A DNA stretch of 32,372 nucleotides, from positions 1-32,372 of IMG/VR virus record IMGVR_UViG_3300006789_000092; one strand, written 5' to 3'. The translations under genes and the position numbers were made by a program. The notes under the pieces are model-generated. The model was not told the DNA's origin. It did no database searches and worked only from the letters and a program-made list of their open reading frames with translations. How positions within the stretch are numbered: position 1 is the first letter of the stretch; each line of letters begins with the position of its first letter. Below are positions 26,685 to 32,372 of the stretch, one piece after another. This stretch comes from a virus (Duplodnaviria; Caudoviricetes).

Positions 26685-29600
26685 TTACCAGAAAACTTTT
26701 GATCTATATCCACCTTTTCTTTTCTTAAATGTTGATTTTGTTCTGCTATTCCATTTCTTTCTTTCAACGTCAATTTCTTTTTCTGTTAATTCAGATATAT
26801 TTTTACCATTAACTTTACCTTTATGATTTCTAAGCCAATATATAAAAACTTCCTCTTGCGAAGGAGGAGTTGTTCTATTTCTAGTTACAGCATCAAACTC
26901 ATCTCGTCTTTCTGGCCCTCCAAAAATTTTATCTCCTATAAATAATCCTTCTTGATCTTGCTTACTCAATTTAGAAAAGTCTAAAGAATTATCTTTAGTA
27001 TATAGTTTAAAAAGATATGGAAAATCTTTAATATTTTTATCCGTATTATGCTTTAAAAAATTAGCAGTTCTATTTATAGCAGTATTTCCTCCTTCTTTAG
27101 GACCTGTTTCAAATTGAAATAATCCTCTACCAGGACCATCATAAAAACCCTCTGTTTCATTTCCTGATACTTGAACTTGATTAGGATTATTTTTAGACTC
27201 GTGCTGACCTATAGCATTCATTACAGTATTTACATAACTAGTATCTCTACCACTAGTATGCAGATAATCCATCATATGATTCCTTAATCCTCCTTTTTGA
27301 AGATTCTTTATTTCTTTAATATTTGAAAGTTCTAATTTTTTTGTAGGATCTAACCATTGAAGTTCATCTGAATCAGGAAATTTTTTAATTGCATCATATC
27401 CTTGCTCTCTTAATAAACGAGCTCTTTTAATTGTCTCCCCCTCTAAATCTCCTGCTATATTTTTATGCATAAAAGTCTTATATCCTCTAGGATTAAGTAT
27501 TTTAGCATCTGGATTTACATTATAAGATAAATCCCATTTTTTTACACCCTTAAATCTAGGATTAATTCCTCTTTCTGTTCTATAATACCCCGTATTTTTA
27601 CCTCTCCTATATTTAAAAAAGTTTTCCATTGTTCTTTTATTAGGAGATGTACTCATACCTACATTATAACGAGATCCATGGTGATAAACACCTGGATTTA
27701 CATTTAAAGCATTTTTTAGTGCTAAATTTTTATTACTTATAAGAGATTTATCCCAACTACTAACAGCTCTATACACATTAGAAGGAGCTTCAACTAACTC
27801 AGTATTATATTTTGCAGGTATTATTTGATTCTTCATCCAAGATTCATAACCTTCTTTAGAGATACCATGTTTACCAACTCTTCGTACCCCTGGTTTATAA
27901 ATATTTAATACATCTTCTAACTGTTTCATATAATTTTTACGAAGGGTTGGGTGATACCTTGAATATGATTGTTTTCCAAAATCTTCTAATGAACTTATCT
28001 TTATATCTCCTAAATTCTTACCAAAAGCACTGGTAGTTTGGTCTATTCTAGCCTTAGGAACATATATATTTGAAATTTCATCTAATTTAACTCCCCCTTT
28101 TATTCCTGCTTCAGATCCAATTTGATTACCAATACTATCAAAATATCTACGACTTCCTGCTGCTGTATTTCTAGGATTAATTCCAAAAACCATAGGATAA
28201 TTCTCTTCTAATAATAATTTAGTTTTAGGATCTGCTTTACTCCAAAAATTTAATCTATCATATTGTAATTGTTTATAATTCTGTTCAAACCCTTCACCCA
28301 TTAAAATATTATCCTTAGCACCAGCATACTTACCACTTGCCATATCATCAATCATTTTATTATACTCAGATAAATAATTTCTTGGGCCTGATGACCCTTT
28401 AGCATAATTTACTGCTAGAGAACTATTTGTAACTGGTGCAACAGATAGATGTGCCTTATTAATATGCCTAACATTTCCTAAACCTGACAGTTCGCCTGTC
28501 ATAGCTGTAGTCCCCCCACGTGTTACAAGACCCCCTTGATCTACAATTCCTGGTAATGCCGCTGAACTAGTACCATGTGTATATATTACAGGATTATTAG
28601 TTTTAAGATTTTTATTTGCAGCAATTATATCATCTATATTAACTGATTGGCCACTTGTTCGTAAAGCACCACTAGAACCTATATAATCAGCACCTTTTTT
28701 AATCGATTTCTTTCCAACATTCTTCAGTCCCATAAAAGGATTAACAGCTAAATCAAGTGCCGTTAACCTACTAAATAATTTTGCTGGCATAACTGTTGTA
28801 GCACCAATAAGATAATCTATAGGAGACATTACAGGTTGAGAGAATTTTGCATAAGGATTAGGTTTACCTTTCCATAGTTCAGACTGTGGATTTGCTTTAG
28901 CACCTTCTTCCCAAGATGAATAATCTTCCTTGAAAGAAGGTTCTTCTCCTTTCCACCAATTTTTAAGTTTAGATTTATATTTATTTATGAATCCACCTTT
29001 TTCTTTATATATATTAGGATTTGTTAAATCAAACATACCACTATTTCCTACTGTTGATTTTAATTGTTTACCATCTGGGAAAACAATTTCCCAAGCATTT
29101 TGTATATTTCTTTTATCTGTTATACCTCTTTGCTGATTTTTTATTGCAGCATCAAACTTAGAAAGACCAGATTTTGTACCAGGCCTATTAAAATTAAATA
29201 AATCAAGAGGTAAATCTTTATTTCGTCTTTGTTTCAATAGTTTATCATAATCAGTACCAATTGGATAAATATCTCCACCAACATTATCTATTAATTTACT
29301 AGATGTAATGGGATTAGTAGTATTACCATAAAATGAATAAATAGTACTTTCAGCAACATCTCCTGGTTTTGCACTTGCAGATAAAGAATAACTACTTGCT
29401 GTTGTTTTGCTTGGTGTTGTGTAAATACCTACACCAGAGTATCCAGCATCACCTTCTCCAACTCTTCTTGGATTAAACGTATCAAACTTTTTACCTGATC
29501 CATGATAAACTACCATAGGTGAACCATCTGGATTTACTAATTTAGAGTTACCAAAAGCTTTTTTAAAATTCTTACTATTCTGCTGTACAAACTGCTCTGG

Positions 29601-31346
29601 ACTTCCTTTAAATGGAGAACCATCAGCATTTCTCATCCATGTACCATTTTCCTTTGCTGTTTTTTCTATTAAATTATATTCTTTTATAAGTTTTTTATTT
29701 TTTGGTATTGATTTATTCCATGCACCCCAGTTTATATCTGATTTAAATTTATTCTTTCCAAAAAACTTCTTAATTGGATTTATAATATGTGATTTAGCTC
29801 CTTTTACTAATGGTCCTGCTGAAAATGGTAATATACCAAATCCTGCATATAATCCAGCATCTGTATATTTTCCTTCATGGTATTTTGTAGCCGCATGAGC
29901 AAAATCTGGTCCAGGATTAAATATAGATGCAGCGTCTAATAATGCATCTTTTTCTTCTTTCCCTGGTTCATAACCAAATTGTTGCATCCAAAAATCTTTT
30001 TCTTGTCTTAAGCCTCTTGCATCTATAAATTTTCCTACTTTGGACTTTTCAAAATTCTTCCACCCACCTTTTTGAAATTTAAAACCCGCTCCTACACTTA
30101 CACCTTTTGTTGTAGGATTATATCCTAAACTACCTTTAAACTTATGATATTGCCCATATAATCCAATATTAGATAATTTTTTATTTGTTAAATCATATTC
30201 AGCATTAATTCCATATCTATAAGGAGCAGAATCTGATCTCCAACTAACATTTGAAGATCTTCCTCTTCTACCTTTTCCTAAACTTAAAGAAATATTATCT
30301 GTTCCTTTACCTATCGGTGTTACAGCATCATAACCTTGTGTATCAAAAGCATTTCTTCTTTTATAAGATAAAATAGATTCAAATCCTCCAGAGCTTGGAG
30401 AAGTATTAAACCCAATACCTCCCCCATATCCTGTATTTATATTTTTAGAATTGGTATTATATGAAGCTTCGATAGACGGTATAACAGAAAAAGGACTCCT
30501 GCCCTGACCGCATCCAGTAATAGATCCACAAAAATTACCTGGTACTATCTCTGGGCTTAGCTCAGCACCTAAATTAAATCCACCTTTTTGTTTTTGAAAT
30601 GCAGGGGCTACATCTTTATAATGCTCAGCAAAATATGTAGCATCTTCCACAGCACGAGGTCCATGAAATTTAATAGCTTCATCTTTTCTTGGTCCAGTTA
30701 AGTCTAACTTGCCCCCAATATCTTGTATCTGTGGAACAGCATATTTATCCCAACTCCCCATATAATGTGTTCCTGTTGAACCGACAAGATTTGGATTATT
30801 ATATATTTCAGCATCCTCTTTTGTAAATTTATAAGATTCATCAGTTGGTGCTAACATTCTATTTATAGCAGGATTATTACCAAATTGACTTTCATAACCT
30901 ATTTTAGATTTCATCATTCCTCTCATTCCACCTTTTTGATAAGCAGCTGGGGATTCTATTATTGTCCCTTCATAAGGACCTGTTGGTAAATCTTGTATTC
31001 CTGGGGGTACGTTTTTATAACTTTCTACTAAATGTCCTTGATCATCTACTTTTTGAATATCAATAGGAGCCTCCATACCTACAGTATTAAAAGACTGATT
31101 AGGTTGAACGTCAGGAAAAGCCATAGACGCTTGAGTATTACCTCTAGCATGTTCTTCCCTTAATCCTACTTCTTGTTCTTGTGGAGTTTGAGCAACTTGC
31201 ATTTGTTGTTGCTCTTGTTGTTGTACGAATTGTGCAACTAAATCTATCCCTTGATCTGCAGCCTGAAAAACTTCAGTTACACTTCCAGGATATCCAGAAG
31301 ATCTGATCTGATTTAATAAATCTCTCCTAGTCTCGTTTGTTGGCAT
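26685..31346 (-). CDS. Large polyvalent protein: KGG-delimited modules including three ADP-ribosyltransferase-like domains and a lysozyme-like domain
   Basis: 1553 aa. ART-PolyVal-type 'NFKKAFGNSKLVNPDGSPMVVYHGS...GIYTTP...QLKSTVGNSGMFD'; 'YTHGTS...GGL...SEAG'; 'VYRAV...STSP...DSDE'; 'QHES...GPGRGLFQFE'. Six KGG boundary motifs. Confidence 0.75.
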   Translation of the reverse strand: MPTNETRRDLLNQIRSSGYPGSVTEVFQAADQGIDLVAQFVQQQEQQQMQVAQTPQEQEVGLREEHARGNTQASMAFPDVQPNQSFNTVGMEAPIDIQKVDDQGHLVESYKNVPPGIQDLPTGPYEGTIIESPAAYQKGGMRGMMKSKIGYESQFGNNPAINRMLAPTDESYKFTKEDAEIYNNPNLVGSTGTHYMGSWDKYAVPQIQDIGGKLDLTGPRKDEAIKFHGPRAVEDATYFAEHYKDVAPAFQKQKGGFNLGAELSPEIVPGNFCGSITGCGQGRSPFSVIPSIEASYNTNSKNINTGYGGGIGFNTSPSSGGFESILSYKRRNAFDTQGYDAVTPIGKGTDNISLSLGKGRRGRSSNVSWRSDSAPYRYGINAEYDLTNKKLSNIGLYGQYHKFKGSLGYNPTTKGVSVGAGFKFQKGGWKNFEKSKVGKFIDARGLRQEKDFWMQQFGYEPGKEEKDALLDAASIFNPGPDFAHAATKYHEGKYTDAGLYAGFGILPFSAGPLVKGAKSHIINPIKKFFGKNKFKSDINWGAWNKSIPKNKKLIKEYNLIEKTAKENGTWMRNADGSPFKGSPEQFVQQNSKNFKKAFGNSKLVNPDGSPMVVYHGSGKKFDTFNPRRVGEGDAGYSGVGIYTTPSKTTASSYSLSASAKPGDVAESTIYSFYGNTTNPITSSKLIDNVGGDIYPIGTDYDKLLKQRRNKDLPLDLFNFNRPGTKSGLSKFDAAIKNQQRGITDKRNIQNAWEIVFPDGKQLKSTVGNSGMFDLTNPNIYKEKGGFINKYKSKLKNWWKGEEPSFKEDYSSWEEGAKANPQSELWKGKPNPYAKFSQPVMSPIDYLIGATTVMPAKLFSRLTALDLAVNPFMGLKNVGKKSIKKGADYIGSSGALRTSGQSVNIDDIIAANKNLKTNNPVIYTHGTSSAALPGIVDQGGLVTRGGTTAMTGELSGLGNVRHINKAHLSVAPVTNSSLAVNYAKGSSGPRNYLSEYNKMIDDMASGKYAGAKDNILMGEGFEQNYKQLQYDRLNFWSKADPKTKLLLEENYPMVFGINPRNTAAGSRRYFDSIGNQIGSEAGIKGGVKLDEISNIYVPKARIDQTTSAFGKNLGDIKISSLEDFGKQSYSRYHPTLRKNYMKQLEDVLNIYKPGVRRVGKHGISKEGYESWMKNQIIPAKYNTELVEAPSNVYRAVSSWDKSLISNKNLALKNALNVNPGVYHHGSRYNVGMSTSPNKRTMENFFKYRRGKNTGYYRTERGINPRFKGVKKWDLSYNVNPDAKILNPRGYKTFMHKNIAGDLEGETIKRARLLREQGYDAIKKFPDSDELQWLDPTKKLELSNIKEIKNLQKGGLRNHMMDYLHTSGRDTSYVNTVMNAIGQHESKNNPNQVQVSGNETEGFYDGPGRGLFQFETGPKEGGNTAINRTANFLKHNTDKNIKDFPYLFKLYTKDNSLDFSKLSKQDQEGLFIGDKIFGGPERRDEFDAVTRNRTTPPSQEEVFIYWLRNHKGKVNGKNISELTEKEIDVERKKWNSRTKSTFKKRKGGYRSKVFW

Positions 31347-32372
31347 CCGGTTTAGATTTAGCTATATCTTTTTTTATCTTATTTTCTTCTCTTTTGATTT
31401 GATTAGCTTCTCTAGTGATATCGTAATTAGAATCATCCCCTCTAATTTTTGCCATTAATTCTTTCTCTTTTATATCTAGTTCTCTTTGTTTTACTTCAAA
31501 ATCCCTTATCATCTTTTCTAGATTTAAAGAATGCCCCTCAGTATCTTTTTTAGACTCAGCATTTATCAAAGCTATTTCAATATCTTTTTGTCTATCTTTT
31601 TCTTTTTCTAAAGCCTCTGCTTCAAATTTTATCTGTTCAGCCTCTAATTGCTGTTGTTGTTGTTGTTGCTGTGCCTCTTGTTGAGCCTGTTCTAATTGCT
31701 GTTGAGCTCTATCTGCTTTTTTAAGATTTTTCTTAATTTGACTAAAACTATCAGAATCTAACATCTCAGCTATATCTCCTGGTCTAGCACCATTTTGCAT
31801 CATAGATTGTGTTAATCCCCTAATATTTTGTAATTTTTCTTGATCCTTACCTGAATCTGAAACAAATATCCCATAATTAGTTTCCATATGTTGCATACTA
31901 CCTATATCTAAAAAATCTGTAGCCCCATCAGGCATTACATACATACCTTTTTTACCAGTTAACCATGCTTCTTTAGAATAATCTAATAAAGCTTGAAAAT
32001 CTCTTTGTTCTACTCTCTCAAACTTTCTAAATAAATCTTCAGTAATATGAGATGATTGTAATATAGCTTGTTGAGAAGTTGCCTTACCTTCATAAGCCCC
32101 AATTTCACCTTGTCTTTGTCTACTTACTCCAGATATTTTTTCCCACTCAACTAATATAGATTCTAATAAAGTAACATACTGTTGAATAGTTTTAATAGAC
32201 ATATCCATAACAGATTGATGTTGTGGATTTAATTGTATCCCTTCTTTATTATAATCTACCCAAGCAATGCCAGAACCTTCAACATAGTACATAAATTTAT
32301 CCATATCCCATTTTTTAGGGATCATATTAATATCAAATTGAGCTATAATATCTTTACTTCTAGCAATAGATA
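31327..32372 (-). CDS. Portal protein, C-terminal part; 5' end lies outside the window
   Basis: Frame stays open upstream of the track ATG (…SIARSKDIIAQFDINMIPKKWDMDKFMYY). 'WEKISGVSRQRQGEI' and 'QAILQSSHITE' are crAss-like portal motifs; long Q-rich coiled-coil tail. Confidence 0.88.
   Translation of the reverse strand, partial: SIARSKDIIAQFDINMIPKKWDMDKFMYYVEGSGIAWVDYNKEGIQLNPQHQSVMDMSIKTIQQYVTLLESILVEWEKISGVSRQRQGEIGAYEGKATSQQAILQSSHITEDLFRKFERVEQRDFQALLDYSKEAWLTGKKGMYVMPDGATDFLDIGSMQHMETNYGIFVSDSGKDQEKLQNIRGLTQSMMQNGARPGDIAEMLDSDSFSQIKKNLKKADRAQQQLEQAQQEAQQQQQQQQLEAEQIKFEAEALEKEKDRQKDIEIALINAESKKDTEGHSLNLEKMIRDFEVKQRELDIKEKELMAKIRGDDSNYDITREANQIKREENKIKKDIAKSKPDANKRD

Noticed and set aside
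28092-28103. Seventh KGG (GIKGGV) in the polyprotein, and KGG in the MCP and fibre proteins
   Set aside because: These lack the aromatic/Leu-[QKER] context, and the polyprotein one lies within a putative ART core, so they are not counted as boundary motifs.
777-29136. All plus-strand ORFs in the track (e.g. 777..1016, 4948..5289, 17517..17771, 24865..25077, 28930..29136)
   Set aside because: They are antisense shadows of long minus-strand genes, mostly with non-ATG starts and no recognisable motifs.
31620-31710. Poly-Gln (CAA/CAG) tract as a contingency repeat
   Set aside because: It is a mixed-codon, in-frame Q-rich coiled coil, which is ordinary for portal C-termini.
32323-32325. ATG at 32325 as the portal start
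   Set aside because: The frame is open to the window edge with portal-like sequence, so the gene begins outside the window.

Overview
AT-rich, densely coded window with all credible genes on the minus strand. It reads as the virion (late) gene module of a crAss-like (Crassvirales-type) phage of a Bacteroidota host, probably an aquatic Flavobacteriia. In transcription order (right to left) it holds: portal (cut by the window edge), a 1553-aa polyvalent protein, an acidic scaffold-like protein, the major capsid protein, conserved capsid/tail-ring genes, a giant Cys-rich adhesin-like virion protein, a tail fibre, a cassette of host-like secreted proteins (OM beta-barrel, nuclease, thioredoxin folds, two proteins with T9SS-like C-termini), a DUF5675 peptidase and mosaic tail fibres. 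The strongest lead is the 1553-aa ORF (26685..31346). It is a chain of unrelated modules (beta-barrel-like, pre-toxin-TG-like plus ADP-ribosyltransferase, two more ART-like domains, lysozyme-like), each ending in the same [YFL]-[QKER]1-3-K-G-G motif, which is also conserved at DNA level. This suggests a modular, possibly processed or shuffled, virion-delivered effector polyprotein. All family calls come from motif recognition by eye; no database searches were run.
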